A DNA stretch of 64,000 bases from an uncultured Vicinamibacteraceae bacterium (GTDB lineage: Bacteria; Acidobacteriota; Vicinamibacteria; Vicinamibacterales; UBA8438), in contig CAZWUJ010000004.1 of the NCBI GenBank assembly GCA_964636705.1, forward strand, positions 44,855-108,854, written 5' to 3'. The notes under the pieces were generated by a model that was not told the DNA's origin, ran no database searches, and saw only the letters and a list, made by a program, of their open reading frames with translations. This document shows, piece by piece, positions 12,143 to 21,690 of the stretch. Both the position numbers and the translations under genes were made by a program. Each line of letters starts with the position of its first letter. The stretch's first letter is position 1.

Positions 12143-14134
12143 GTGCACGACCTCGGCATCCTCCGTGACCTCGCGATCATCGCCGGTCTCGCCATTCCGG
12201 TCGTAGCCCTGGCGCAGCGCCTGCGCCTCCCGCCGCTGGTCGGCTTCTTGGTGGTAGGGGTGCTGATCGGCCCGTCGGGGTTCGCGCTGATCCCGGATGC
12301 GGAAGAGGTGGCGGCGCTGTCGGAGATCGGCGTCGTGCTGCTCCTGTTTGCGATCGGCCTGGAGCTGTCGCTCTCCGACGTCTTGCGGTGGGGGCGTTCG
12401 GTCGTCGTCGCGGGCGGTCTGCAGGTGGCCGGATCGGTGAGTGTCGTCGCCGGCGTCGGCCTGGCGATGGGGCTGCCCCCCGGGCGCGCACTCTTCTACG
12501 GGACGCTCGCCGCGATGTCGTCGACCGCGGTCGTTGCCAAGGCCTACGCCGACCGGGGCGAGCTGGACACCGCGCACGGCCGCGAGGTGATCGCGATTCT
12601 CCTGTTCCAGGATCTCTGCATCGTCCCGATCATGCTGCTGCTCCCGCTCGCCGCGGGCGGCACGGCGGACGCCGGCGCGGCGGTGGTGGACCTTCTGGTC
12701 GGCCTCAGCGTGATGACCGCCCTGATCTTCGGAGGCCGGGCAGTGGTGCGCGCCACCCTCGACCGCATCGTCCTGCTGCGCAACCGCGAACTGTTCACGC
12801 TCTGCGTCGCGTTCGTGGCCCTCGGCACCGCACTGGCGGCGGCGGGAGCGGGCTTCTCGCTGGCGATCGGCGCATTCATCGCGGGTCTCGTCATTTCGGA
12901 GTCGGAGTACGGCCTGCAGGCGCTCTCGGACGTCCTCCCGTTCCGAGCGCTCTTCAGCAGCGTCTTCTTCACGTCCATCGGCATGCTGCTCGACCTGGGT
13001 GTCGTGATGCAGGCGCCGTTTGCGATCATTGGCGGGACGCTCCTGCTGATGTTGGCAAAGGGCGTCATCGGGACGGTTGCCGTGGTCCTGCGTGGCCGGC
13101 GGCTCGAGACCGGCCTGCGGAGCGGCATCAGTCTCGCGCAGGTGGGCGAGTTTTCGTTTGTTCTCGCCGCGGTGGGTCTCGATCTGGCACTCTTCGCAGA
13201 CAACGACTACCAGGTCTTCCTGACCGCGGCGGCGCTCTCGCTGATGGCGACGCCCTTCCTCATCGGGTCGGCGCACCGCGCGTCGGAGGCGATCGGCCAG
13301 GCCGTGCGCGGCGCGGTCCGGCGCCCGCCCGACGACGATTCCCAAGAGCCCGGAGGGCGGGAATTGAGTGCCCTGCGCGATCATGCGGTGGTGGTCGGCT
13401 ACGGTATCGCCGGCCGTTATCTGGCCCGAATGCTGCAGGCGGCCGGCATCCAGTGTGTGGTGATCGATCAGAACGGCGCCCTCGTCCGGCAGGCTCGCGA
13501 CGACGGACTCTTGGCCGTCTACGGCGACGGCGCGCACCCGATGATGCTCGAAGAGGTGGGTTGCGCGCGCGCGCGGCTCGTCGTCTACACCATCTCGTCA
13601 CCGGTGGAGGAACGCCGTGGCGTGGTGGCGGCGCGCGGTGTGGCGCCGGGCGCGGCGATCATCGTGCGGACCCGCTACGTCCGCGCGATTGACGACCTGA
13701 TGCGGCTCGGCGCGAACGAAGTGGTGGTCGAGGAGTTCGAGGCTTCGCTCGAGTTGTTCGCCCGCGCCCTCCGCAGCTACGAGATCCCCGCGCGACGGAT
13801 CGCCCACGAACTGAATGCGGTGCGGGACGAACACTACGGGCTGTTGCGCGGCACCGCGACGCCGGATCTGACGCTCGACGCGCTGCAGCACCTCGGCATC
13901 CACGACGCCCTGGAGCTGGTGGAAGTGGACGCAGGATCGGCGGCGGATGGAGAAAACGCCCGCACCCTCGACCTCCGCCGCCAGACCGGGGCGATCCAGG
14001 TGGCGGTCGTGCGCGATGGCGTACCGATCTACCGCCGCGACGACAACTTCCGGTATCTTCCGGGAGATACCGCGGTTATGGTGGGCGATCCCGAAGCACT
14101 CGAGCGTGCCGCGGCGCTGTTCCGGGCGGGCTAG
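12143..14134 (+). CDS. CPA2-family cation:proton antiporter with RCK (TrkA-N/TrkA-C) domains, Kef-like
   Basis: About 12 TM helices, followed by HAVVVGYGIAGRYLARML (Rossmann-type RCK) and a C-terminal TrkA-C-like segment. Confidence 0.85.
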   Translation: MHDLGILRDLAIIAGLAIPVVALAQRLRLPPLVGFLVVGVLIGPSGFALIPDAEEVAALSEIGVVLLLFAIGLELSLSDVLRWGRSVVVAGGLQVAGSVSVVAGVGLAMGLPPGRALFYGTLAAMSSTAVVAKAYADRGELDTAHGREVIAILLFQDLCIVPIMLLLPLAAGGTADAGAAVVDLLVGLSVMTALIFGGRAVVRATLDRIVLLRNRELFTLCVAFVALGTALAAAGAGFSLAIGAFIAGLVISESEYGLQALSDVLPFRALFSSVFFTSIGMLLDLGVVMQAPFAIIGGTLLLMLAKGVIGTVAVVLRGRRLETGLRSGISLAQVGEFSFVLAAVGLDLALFADNDYQVFLTAAALSLMATPFLIGSAHRASEAIGQAVRGAVRRPPDDDSQEPGGRELSALRDHAVVVGYGIAGRYLARMLQAAGIQCVVIDQNGALVRQARDDGLLAVYGDGAHPMMLEEVGCARARLVVYTISSPVEERRGVVAARGVAPGAAIIVRTRYVRAIDDLMRLGANEVVVEEFEASLELFARALRSYEIPARRIAHELNAVRDEHYGLLRGTATPDLTLDALQHLGIHDALELVEVDAGSAADGENARTLDLRRQTGAIQVAVVRDGVPIYRRDDNFRYLPGDTAVMVGDPEALERAAALFRAG

Positions 14135-14138
14135 CTGT

Positions 14139-14159
14139 CTGCGCTGCGGAACGGCGCAG
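14139..14159. repeat. REP2-family hairpin, inverted degenerate copy
   Basis: ctgcgctgcggaacggcgcag matches the reverse complement of the 22-mer at 27020 and 60501 at about 18 of 22 positions by hand alignment. It sits just after the antiporter stop. Confidence 0.45.
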
Positions 14160-14202
14160 GCTGCCAGTTCGCCCGACGTGTATCATCCCCACCTTCACGG
14201 CA

Positions 14203-14796
14203 ATGGAGTACCAGATCCGCCAGTACGGCCTTCAGCAGGGCGCCCTTGAAATCGAGTACATCGAGGAGTACTTCGGCGAGTTTCCCCGCCGCAAGCGGTC
14301 CGGCGAGGTGATCGGCCGCCTCCGCGATCGCGACCACCAGATCCTCATGGCGGAGGCACCTCTCCCGGACGATCCCTCCACCATCGTTCCGGTCGCCTTC
14401 AAGGTGTCACACGAGATCCGGCGCGAGGAGAGCGAACCGAAACTGGCGGACCTGGTGGCGCGGCTCCGGTCCTCCGTCGAGTTCCAAGGACGGAAGATCC
14501 TCTATAGCTGGATCGGCGGGACGCGGCGCGACTGGCGCGGCCGCGGTTTCTTCCGGGCACTGACCGAAGAGCAGGAGGCCTGGGCGCACGATAACGGCTT
14601 CGCCGAAATCATCGTCAAGACGAAAAACTGCTTCTACGGCATGCGCGGGACGCTCGACCACCTGCAGTTCAACGTCATCAAGTTCGAGCCGAACGAGGCG
14701 GACAACCGGGAATCGAAGGTGTATCTGAGCAAGCAGCTCGGTCTCGAGGTGCTCGACCGCCACCGCAGCCAGCGCTCCGTTGTCCGATCCGCGTGA
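14203..14796 (+). CDS. GNAT-family N-acetyltransferase-like protein
   Basis: WIGGTRRDWRGRGFFRALTEEQEAWAHDNGF resembles the acetyl-CoA-binding R/Q-x-x-G-x-G/A motif region. Confidence 0.6.
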   Translation: MEYQIRQYGLQQGALEIEYIEEYFGEFPRRKRSGEVIGRLRDRDHQILMAEAPLPDDPSTIVPVAFKVSHEIRREESEPKLADLVARLRSSVEFQGRKILYSWIGGTRRDWRGRGFFRALTEEQEAWAHDNGFAEIIVKTKNCFYGMRGTLDHLQFNVIKFEPNEADNRESKVYLSKQLGLEVLDRHRSQRSVVRSA

Positions 14797-15671
14797 CCCC
14801 CGTCACCATCGAGGCGATCGACGATCCGCGCGTCGGCGACTTCCGGGTCGTCTCCGACCCGGCATTGATGCGCGAGCGTGGGTTGTTCGTCGCGGAAGGT
14901 TCCCTTGCCGTAGAGCGATTGCTTGCCTCGCGCTTCCGTGCGCGCGCGCTGCTCGTCACCGAGAGCGCGCTGGCGCGGCTGAAGCCGGCCATCGAGGTGT
15001 CCATCGTGCCGTCCGATTCTGGCGCGTCATCCGATGCGGGCGCGCCGCCAGCGGCCAGCGTGGGGCCGCCTGACGTCTATGTCACCGGGTCGGCGGAGCT
15101 TCGGCGCATCACCGGCTTCCAGTTTCATCGCGGATGTCTCGCGTTGGGGGAGCGCAGCGCCGACGGCTCGACGCCGGGCGGGCTGCGGCCGCCCCGTGTG
15201 GGCGCGCCGGTCGTTGCCCTCGACGCTGTTGCCGATCCGGACAACGTCGGCTCCGTTTTCCGTAGCGCTGCCGCGTTCGGGGCCACGGGGGTGCTTCTCT
15301 CGCCGCGGTGTGCGGACCCGCTCTACCGGAAGGCCATACGCACGTCGATGGCGACCACGCTCCTGCTGCCGTTCCGGGTCGCCGACGAGGGTGACTGGCC
15401 GGCCGCGCTGGCGCGGCTGTGTGACGACCACGCGCGCCTGATTGCTCTCACACCCGCTCCCGGCGCGGCCGATCTGGAGTCCGTTACGCGGTCGTCTTCA
15501 GGCGGTCCACTCGTCGTGGTAGCGGGCAACGAAGGCGACGGTGTCAGTCGGGCGGTCCTGGAACAGTGCGATGCGACGGTCCGCATCCCGCTCGATCCTG
15601 CGGTGGATTCCCTTAACGTTGCGACGGCCGTTGCCATTGCGCTCTACCGTCTGAGCGTCGGCGGAACCTGA
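14793..15671 (+). CDS. TrmH/SpoU-family RNA 2'-O-methyltransferase
   Basis: DPDNVGSVFRSAAAFG, VVVAGNEGDGVS and SLNVATAVAIALY are the three SpoU motifs. The GTG start overlaps the GNAT stop. Confidence 0.85.
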   Translation: MTPVTIEAIDDPRVGDFRVVSDPALMRERGLFVAEGSLAVERLLASRFRARALLVTESALARLKPAIEVSIVPSDSGASSDAGAPPAASVGPPDVYVTGSAELRRITGFQFHRGCLALGERSADGSTPGGLRPPRVGAPVVALDAVADPDNVGSVFRSAAAFGATGVLLSPRCADPLYRKAIRTSMATTLLLPFRVADEGDWPAALARLCDDHARLIALTPAPGAADLESVTRSSSGGPLVVVAGNEGDGVSRAVLEQCDATVRIPLDPAVDSLNVATAVAIALYRLSVGGT

Positions 15672-15805
15672 AGACTACGCTTGTGGTGTCCGAGACTTGT
15701 GTACAAATATCGGACTATGGCCGGCCTCAAACGTTTGGTCGCTGATCGCGTCTCAAGCGCCCCAGCGGCTCAGGTCTGGACTCCTGCGGACTTTCTCGAC
15801 CTTGG

Positions 15806-15880
15806 GCCGGCCTGGAGGCCGGCGCACCAGGCCGGCGCACCAGGCCGGCGCACCAGGCCGGCGCACCAGGCCGGCACGAC
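15806..15880 (+). repeat. REP1 element: hairpin plus 13-bp tandem repeat (about 4.8 copies)
   Basis: Hairpin gccggcc-tgga-ggccggc (15806-15823), then gccggcgcaccag repeated at 15818, 15831, 15844, 15857 plus a partial copy. Lies between convergent genes. The 13-bp period is not a multiple of 3. Confidence 0.85.
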
Positions 15881-15885
15881 GGCGG

Positions 15886-17043
15886 CTAACGTCGGACGAC
15901 CTCGGCGTCGACGATTTCCACCCGGTCCACCGGAGTCTCCCCGTCGACCGGCACCGCCTCGATGGCCGACACGACATCGAGCCCTTCGGTGACGACCCCA
16001 AAGGCGGTATAGACGCCGTCGAGTTCGGGCGACGTGTCCGTGACGATGAAGAAACTGGTCGACGCACTCGACGGATCGTCGAGTCTCGCCATGGACACGA
16101 TGCCGCGGACGTGCGGCGTGTCGCTAAACTCCGGGTCGAGGCTCCGGATGAAGCGCTGCTGGCGGTCCGTCAGAGTCTCGTTGCGCGTCGGCAGATGGCC
16201 GCTCTGGATGACGAAGCCGGGGACGACACGGTGGAAGGCGATGCCGTCGTAGACACCGGCGTCGGCAAGGCGGAGGAAGTTCCGGACGTGGTTCGGCGCG
16301 CGGTCCGGGTAGAGGTCGATCCCGATCCGGCCGTGCGTGGTGTTCAGGACGACGCGGTATGCGGCCAGCTCCGTGTCGGTCTCCGTGGTGTACGGCGGCA
16401 CTTCTGGCGGCGGCTTGTCACGAATCGTGGCGCTCCGGACCACGACCCGCTCGGTGGCGCGCCCTTCTGCGTCGACCGGCGTCTCGGAGATACGCGTAAC
16501 GACGTCCATGCCGTCGGCGACCTGCCCCCAGACCGTGTAATGCCCGTCAAGGCCCGGCTGATCCACGACGCAGATCAGGAATTGCGCCCCGCCGCTGTTC
16601 GGGTCGCCGGGGACGACGACAGCGGAAACCGTCCCGCGGAGATGCGGCGCGTCGCTCACCTCTCCGTCCACCAGGCCGAGGCCGCCGCGGCCGTAGTCGG
16701 CCACCCTCTCTGGATCGGCGGTGAGCGGATCGCCCCCCTGAACGATGCCGTTCGCCACCATCCGGTGAAACGTCGTGCCGTCGTAGGCCCCTTGCTCGAC
16801 GAGTTGCATGATCAGCCCGACATGGTTCGGTGCGACGTCGGGCCGCAGATCGATCGCGATCGTCCCGAGATCCGTGTCGAGGACGAGTTGCTTGCCGCTC
16901 ATTTCCTCGACGGTGAGCGTTGCCACGAACGGCTCGGGCTCCGCCTGCTGCGCGCGGACGGACGTGCCGGCCGCCAGCGCGATGGCCGCCGCCACGGTGA
17001 CGGCGAACGCCGCCAAGGGGGTGCAGTAGCCGACTCTGCGCAT
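15886..17043 (-). CDS. Secreted peptidyl-prolyl cis-trans isomerase with two cyclophilin domains
   Basis: Signal peptide. Two cyclophilin-type modules (FHRMVANGIVQGGDP...SGGAQFLI and FHRVVPGFVIQSG...STSFFIV). Confidence 0.9.
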   Translation of the reverse strand: MRRVGYCTPLAAFAVTVAAAIALAAGTSVRAQQAEPEPFVATLTVEEMSGKQLVLDTDLGTIAIDLRPDVAPNHVGLIMQLVEQGAYDGTTFHRMVANGIVQGGDPLTADPERVADYGRGGLGLVDGEVSDAPHLRGTVSAVVVPGDPNSGGAQFLICVVDQPGLDGHYTVWGQVADGMDVVTRISETPVDAEGRATERVVVRSATIRDKPPPEVPPYTTETDTELAAYRVVLNTTHGRIGIDLYPDRAPNHVRNFLRLADAGVYDGIAFHRVVPGFVIQSGHLPTRNETLTDRQQRFIRSLDPEFSDTPHVRGIVSMARLDDPSSASTSFFIVTDTSPELDGVYTAFGVVTEGLDVVSAIEAVPVDGETPVDRVEIVDAEVVRR

Positions 17044-17070
17044 CGGCTACGAACGTTATCATGCCCCCCA

Positions 17071-17673
17071 GTGACCGCACCGGGAGACGACCTCACGCGC
17101 TGCCCCTGGGGCGCGTCCCACCCGCTCTACCTGCCCTACCACGACGAGGAATGGGGCGTGCCGCTTCATGACGATCAGAAGATCTTCGAGATGCTCGTGC
17201 TCGAGGGTGCGCAGGCGGGACTGAGCTGGCTCACGATCCTGAAGCGGCGGCCCGGCTATCGCCGCGCGTTCGACCAGTTCGATCCGCAGACGGTCGCGCG
17301 CTTCGACACCCGGAAGGTGGAGCGGTTGCTGAACGACACCGGCATCATCCGGAATCGGCTGAAGATCGAATCCGCCGTCAGGAATGCGCGGGCGTTTCTT
17401 GCCGTACAGGAGGCCTTCGGCAGCTTCGACGCCTACATCTGGCGTTTCGTCGACGGTCGGCCCAGGCAAAACCAGTGGCGATCGTGGCAGGACGTGCCGG
17501 CTCGGACGGAAGAGTCCGACACCCTCAGCAAGGATCTGAAGTCGCGCGGCTTCTCGTTCGTCGGCTCCACTATCTGCTACGCGCACATGCAGGCGACAGG
17601 GATGGTGAACGATCACCAGGTGGACTGCTTCCGGCACCGCGAAGTGCGGGAGCTGGGGCGTGGAAGTGCGTGA
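17071..17673 (+). CDS. tag: DNA-3-methyladenine glycosylase I
   Basis: Only the C-terminal 200 aa of track ORF 15697..17673 are real: CPWGASHPLYLPYHDEEWGVPLHDDQKIFEMLVLEGAQAGLSWLTIL. The in-frame GTG at 17071 lies just past the divergent PPIase start. Confidence 0.9.
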   Translation: MTAPGDDLTRCPWGASHPLYLPYHDEEWGVPLHDDQKIFEMLVLEGAQAGLSWLTILKRRPGYRRAFDQFDPQTVARFDTRKVERLLNDTGIIRNRLKIESAVRNARAFLAVQEAFGSFDAYIWRFVDGRPRQNQWRSWQDVPARTEESDTLSKDLKSRGFSFVGSTICYAHMQATGMVNDHQVDCFRHREVRELGRGSA

Positions 17674-17737
17674 CACCGGCGCCCGGAAGCTCGTTACAAT
17701 GGCCGTCTCACCCGGCAGGCATCGAAGGAGCAACACG

Positions 17738-18730
17738 ATGAGACGCAAGTGGATGACGGCGGCGGCAGTAGTGGCGGCGGCGCTGGCGGTGACCATCGGC
17801 GCCTGCTCCGGGGCGGACGGTCAGGAGGATCGGAACTATCCGCGCAATGCCGAGGAATTTGACGCGTTCTTTCAGGAACTCTCCAACGCGGGGCGCTGGG
17901 GAGCGGACGACGAGCTGGGCACCGCCAACCTGATCACGCCGGACAAGGTGCGTGAAGCGGCCGGACTGGTGCGGAGCGGCATTACCGTCTCGCTGGCGCA
18001 CAGCCCGATTGAGGACGAGGCGGCGGACACCCCGGACGCCGCGTTCAACCACACGATTTCGCCGCGACTGACGAGCGACACCATCGAGTTCACCTACCAC
18101 GGCTACAGCGTCAGCCATCTCGACGCGCTGTGCCACATGCCCTACAAGGGTATGCAGTACAACAACGTCCCGGTGGAGGTCAGCACCGTCGAGGACGGAT
18201 GCGTGAAGAACGGGATCTCCAATCTGCAGCAGGGAATCGTCACCCGCGGCATCCTGCTGGACATTCCCCGCCTGAAGGGGGTGCCGTGGCTGGAGCCGGG
18301 CGAGGCGATCTACACCGAGGACATCCTGGCGTGGGAGGAAGAGGCAGGCGTGACCGTGGGACCGGGCGATGTCATCTTCATCCGGACCGGGCGCTGGGCG
18401 CGGCGCGCGGCGGAAGGGCCATGGCAACTCTCGGGGAACTCCCCCGGCATCCATGCGTCGGTCGTGCGCTGGATCCGCGAGCGGGATGTGGCCTTCGTCG
18501 GAAGTGACGTGGCGACCGACGTGCAGCCCTCCCTGGTCGAGGACGTCGCGTTGCCGGTCCACCTCCTGCTGATCTCGTCGATGGGAACGGACATCTTCGA
18601 CAACCTCGACCTGGAGGCGGTGGCCGAAACCGCCGCAGCCGAGAACCGCTGGGAGTTCATGCTGACGGCGGCGCCGCTCGCGATCATCGGCGGGACGGGG
18701 TCGCCGCTGAATCCGATCGCGATCTTCTAG
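17738..18730 (+). CDS. Cyclase-family (kynurenine-formamidase-like) lipoprotein
   Basis: Trimmed to MRRKWMTAAAVVAAALAVTIGAC (lipobox). YHGYSVSHLDALCH and GTDIFDNLDL resemble the putative cyclase family. Confidence 0.65.
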   Translation: MRRKWMTAAAVVAAALAVTIGACSGADGQEDRNYPRNAEEFDAFFQELSNAGRWGADDELGTANLITPDKVREAAGLVRSGITVSLAHSPIEDEAADTPDAAFNHTISPRLTSDTIEFTYHGYSVSHLDALCHMPYKGMQYNNVPVEVSTVEDGCVKNGISNLQQGIVTRGILLDIPRLKGVPWLEPGEAIYTEDILAWEEEAGVTVGPGDVIFIRTGRWARRAAEGPWQLSGNSPGIHASVVRWIRERDVAFVGSDVATDVQPSLVEDVALPVHLLLISSMGTDIFDNLDLEAVAETAAAENRWEFMLTAAPLAIIGGTGSPLNPIAIF

Positions 18731-18738
18731 CCGACGCG

Positions 18739-18817
18739 TGGTGCAGCGCCAGCCTGGTGCCTCGGCCTGGTGCGCCGACTTGGTCCGCCGGCTTGGTGCG
18801 CCGGCCTCCAGGCCGGC
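18739..18817 (-). repeat. REP1 element, inverted orientation, degenerate 13-bp repeats
   Basis: Four degenerate units ctggtgcctcggc / ctggtgcgccgac / ttggtccgccggc / ttggtgcgccggc (18754-18805). They run into the hairpin gccggcc-tcca-ggccggc (18800-18817). This is the reverse complement of the 15806 element. Confidence 0.8.
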
Positions 18818-18887
18818 ACAACAGTGACCAGCGCCGCGGGTCCCACCCGATGCCGCGCGCCGGCCCGGATACAATCTGCGCCAACCG

Positions 18888-19730
18888 ATGGATCTCGAAT
18901 CACGCATCTCCACGTTGTTCTCCCAAGGCGCCGACGCCGACCGCGCGAGCGCACGCTCCGCGTTCGCCGAGTTGCGGTCGGAACTCTCGGCCGGCCGCGT
19001 CCGCGCGGCGGAACCGGACGCCGGCGCGCCGACCGGCTGGCGCGTTAACGCCTGGGTGAAGCAAGGCATTCTGGTGGGTTTTCGGTGCGGTGACATCGTT
19101 CCGTTTCCGTCGCCCGACGGCGCATCCCCGTGGCTCGACAAGGACACGTTGCCGCTCCGGCCGCTGTCGGCGGAATCGCGCGTGCGGCTGGTGCCGGGAG
19201 GATCCTCTGTTCGCGACGGGGCGTACCTCGGCGCGGGCGTCATCTGCATGCCGCCGATGTACATCAACATCGGCGCGTATGTCGGCGACGGCAGCCTGAT
19301 CGATTCCCACGCCCTGGTCGGCTCGTGCGCCCAGGTGGGCAGCGGAGTTCATGTCAGCGCCGGCGCGCAGATCGGCGGCGTGCTCGAGCCGGTCGGCGCT
19401 CTGCCGGTGATCGTGGAAGACGACGTACTCGTTGGTGGCAACACGGGACTCTATGAAGGTGCGGTGGTCAAGCGCCGGGCGGTGATCGGGGCCGGCACGG
19501 TCCTGACCGGCTCGACGCCGATCTACGATCTCCCGAACCGGCGGGTGATCAAGCCGGTGGCGGGCGAGCCGACGGTGGTACCCGTGGGCGCGGTCGTCGT
19601 GCCGGGCGCGCGCGCCGTCACCGCCGAGCCGGGCCGGGAGTGGGGCCTGTCGCTTGCCACGCCTGTAATCGTGAAGTACCGCGACGCCAAGACCGACACC
19701 CGCACGGCGCTGGAAGACTGGCTTCGGTGA
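18888..19730 (+). CDS. dapD: 2,3,4,5-tetrahydropyridine-2,6-dicarboxylate N-succinyltransferase
   Basis: GWRVNAWVKQGILVGFR N-domain and hexapeptide-repeat left-handed beta-helix region (GAYVGDGSLIDSHALVGSCAQVGSGVHVSAGAQIGG). Confidence 0.85.
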   Translation: MDLESRISTLFSQGADADRASARSAFAELRSELSAGRVRAAEPDAGAPTGWRVNAWVKQGILVGFRCGDIVPFPSPDGASPWLDKDTLPLRPLSAESRVRLVPGGSSVRDGAYLGAGVICMPPMYINIGAYVGDGSLIDSHALVGSCAQVGSGVHVSAGAQIGGVLEPVGALPVIVEDDVLVGGNTGLYEGAVVKRRAVIGAGTVLTGSTPIYDLPNRRVIKPVAGEPTVVPVGAVVVPGARAVTAEPGREWGLSLATPVIVKYRDAKTDTRTALEDWLR

Positions 19731-19737
19731 GGCCGTA

Positions 19738-20751
19738 ATGAGACCTGCCGCGACGGACGTAGTCGGTCTCGCCCGCTCGCTCATCGACATCGAGTCGACC
19801 AGCGGCCACGAAGCCCGGGCGACCGACTGGCTCGCCGCCTGGCTCCGCCACCAGGGCTACGACGTCACCGAGCAGCCAGTGGCGGACGATCGGGTCAATG
19901 TCATCGCCACCCTCGGCGCCGGCGATCCCGAGATCGTGTTTTCGACCCACATCGATTGCGTTCCGCCCTTCTTTCCGAGCTACGTCGAGGGGGACGTTCT
20001 CCACGGCCGGGGCGCCTGCGATGCGAAGGGAATCCTGGCGGCCGAGATCATGGCGCTCGAACGCTTCCGCGTGGCAGGCGAAGCGCGCGTGGGGTTGCTG
20101 GCCGTGGTCGGCGAGGAGCGGGGCAGCCACGGGGCGCATGCCGCGAACCGGCTCGCGACACGTTCCCGGTACCTGATAAACGGGGAGCCGACCGACAACC
20201 GGCTGGCCCTGGGGACGAAAGGGGCGTTCCGGGTGCGCATTTCCGCCAGCGGACGGGCGGCGCATTCGGCCTACCCGGAGCTGGGGGAGTCCGCCATCGA
20301 CAAGCTGCTCGACGCGCTGATCGCATTGCGCGATCTGGAGCTCCCGTCGGATCCCGTCCTGGGCCAGGCCACTTGCACGGTCGGGCTCATCGAGGGCGGC
20401 GTCGCGCCGAACGTGATCCCTCCGGCGGCGGAGGCAGACGTCAACTTCCGCACCGTCGGTCCGTCGGGCGCTATCCGCGCGTTGCTCGACGCGCGCCTCC
20501 GGGACGTCACCGTCGAAGAGGTTCTGGACGTGCCGGCAGTGCGGCTGACGACGCGGCCCGGCTTCGACACGCAGGTCGTCTCGTTCGCCACCGACATTCC
20601 GTTCCTCACCTCGTGGGGCCAGCCGCTGCTGCTCGGCCCCGGCTCCATTCATGTGGCGCACACCGATCACGAGCAGGTGGCGATCCCCGACCTGGTCCGC
20701 GCCATCGACCTCTACGAATCGCTGGCGAAGCAGTTGCTGGACGAGCGATAG
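19738..20751 (+). CDS. M20-family metallohydrolase (DapE/ArgE type), probably succinyl-diaminopimelate desuccinylase by context
   Basis: STHIDCVPP, GRGACDAKG and GEERGSHG metal-binding motifs. Sits 8 nt downstream of dapD. Confidence 0.7.
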   Translation: MRPAATDVVGLARSLIDIESTSGHEARATDWLAAWLRHQGYDVTEQPVADDRVNVIATLGAGDPEIVFSTHIDCVPPFFPSYVEGDVLHGRGACDAKGILAAEIMALERFRVAGEARVGLLAVVGEERGSHGAHAANRLATRSRYLINGEPTDNRLALGTKGAFRVRISASGRAAHSAYPELGESAIDKLLDALIALRDLELPSDPVLGQATCTVGLIEGGVAPNVIPPAAEADVNFRTVGPSGAIRALLDARLRDVTVEEVLDVPAVRLTTRPGFDTQVVSFATDIPFLTSWGQPLLLGPGSIHVAHTDHEQVAIPDLVRAIDLYESLAKQLLDER

Positions 20752-20789
20752 AAAGTTCGCCTCGTGCGGCGTCGCCAGAGCGGCGCGCC

Positions 20790-21689
20790 TCACGCCGTCG
20801 CCGGCAGCAGGCCCATGGCCTTCAGGACGCCGATGATCCGCTGGTGACTCTCCGGCCGGGGCGGCGCCATCGGCGAGCGGTAGGTGGCGGTGTCGATCAG
20901 GCCCATCTCGGCCAGCGCCGCCTTCACCGGAATCGGATTCGACTCGACGAAGTTCACCTGCATGAGGGGCAGGAGGCGGTTGTGGATGGCGCGCGCCCCG
21001 GCGAAGTCACCGGCCGCGGCGCGGTCGACGAGGGCGGTCATCTCGCTAGGCGTCTCGTTGGAGACGACCGAGATCACGCCGCGGCCGCCGAGCGCGATCA
21101 ACGCGAGCGTGAAGGCGTCGTCGCCCGACAGGACGGCGAAGTCGTCCGCCATCATCTGGCAGATCTCGCACATCTGCCCCAGGTTGCCCGAGGCCTCCTT
21201 GACCCCGACAACGTTCGGGATCGCGGCCAGGCGCTGCAGGGTGGCCGGCGTGACGTTGCATCCGGTCCGGCTCGGGACGTTGTAGACGACGATCGGCAGT
21301 TCGGTTGCCTCGGCAATCGTCGCGTAGTGCAGGAAGAGCCCGTCGGGTGTCGGCCTGTTGTAGTACGGCGTCACCGAGAGGACGCCGTCGGCGCCGGCGC
21401 GCGCCATGTCGGCCGCCAACTCGGCGGATGCGCGGGTGTCGTAGCCGCCGGCCCCGGCGAGCACCGGCACGCGGCCGTCCGCCGCCCGGACGACGAGCTC
21501 GACGACGCGGATCTTCTCGGCGTGGGAGAGCGTCGGGCTCTCGCCGGTCGTCCCGCAGGGCACGAGGAAATGAACGCCCCCGTCCACCTGGCGGCGCGCC
21601 AGGCGCGTGACGGCCGCTTCGTCGAGTTCGCCCGCCTCGGTGAACGGCGTTACGAGCGCCGGTCCGCAGCCCGCCCAGTGGGTTGTCAT
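20790..21689 (-). CDS. dapA: 4-hydroxy-tetrahydrodipicolinate synthase
   Basis: Trimmed to MTTHWAGCGPALVTPF. LVPCGTTGESPTLS and VVGVKEASGN (Schiff-base Lys) motifs. The start is 1 nt from the dapB stop. Confidence 0.9.
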   Translation of the reverse strand: MTTHWAGCGPALVTPFTEAGELDEAAVTRLARRQVDGGVHFLVPCGTTGESPTLSHAEKIRVVELVVRAADGRVPVLAGAGGYDTRASAELAADMARAGADGVLSVTPYYNRPTPDGLFLHYATIAEATELPIVVYNVPSRTGCNVTPATLQRLAAIPNVVGVKEASGNLGQMCEICQMMADDFAVLSGDDAFTLALIALGGRGVISVVSNETPSEMTALVDRAAAGDFAGARAIHNRLLPLMQVNFVESNPIPVKAALAEMGLIDTATYRSPMAPPRPESHQRIIGVLKAMGLLPATA

Positions 21690-21690
21690 C

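Noticed and set aside
15672-15805. Possible sRNA/promoter in the AT-rich stretch cttgtgtacaaatatcggactatgg between convergent genes
   Set aside because: No hexamer pair with acceptable spacing exists. There is only a 6-bp-arm inverted repeat (gtccga/tcggac), which is not enough to support a feature.
15818-15880. Possible CRISPR arrays at the tandem repeats (also 53907-53978 and 59774-59880)
   Set aside because: The repeats are directly abutting with no unique spacers. The units are 13-29 bp and no cas genes are present. They are REP-type tandem repeats.
15697-17070. N-terminal 458 aa of the 658-aa track ORF ending in Tag
   Set aside because: This part is antisense to the tandem-cyclophilin gene and compositionally artefactual. 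Tag homology starts only at CPWGASHPLY, so the gene was trimmed to GTG 17071.
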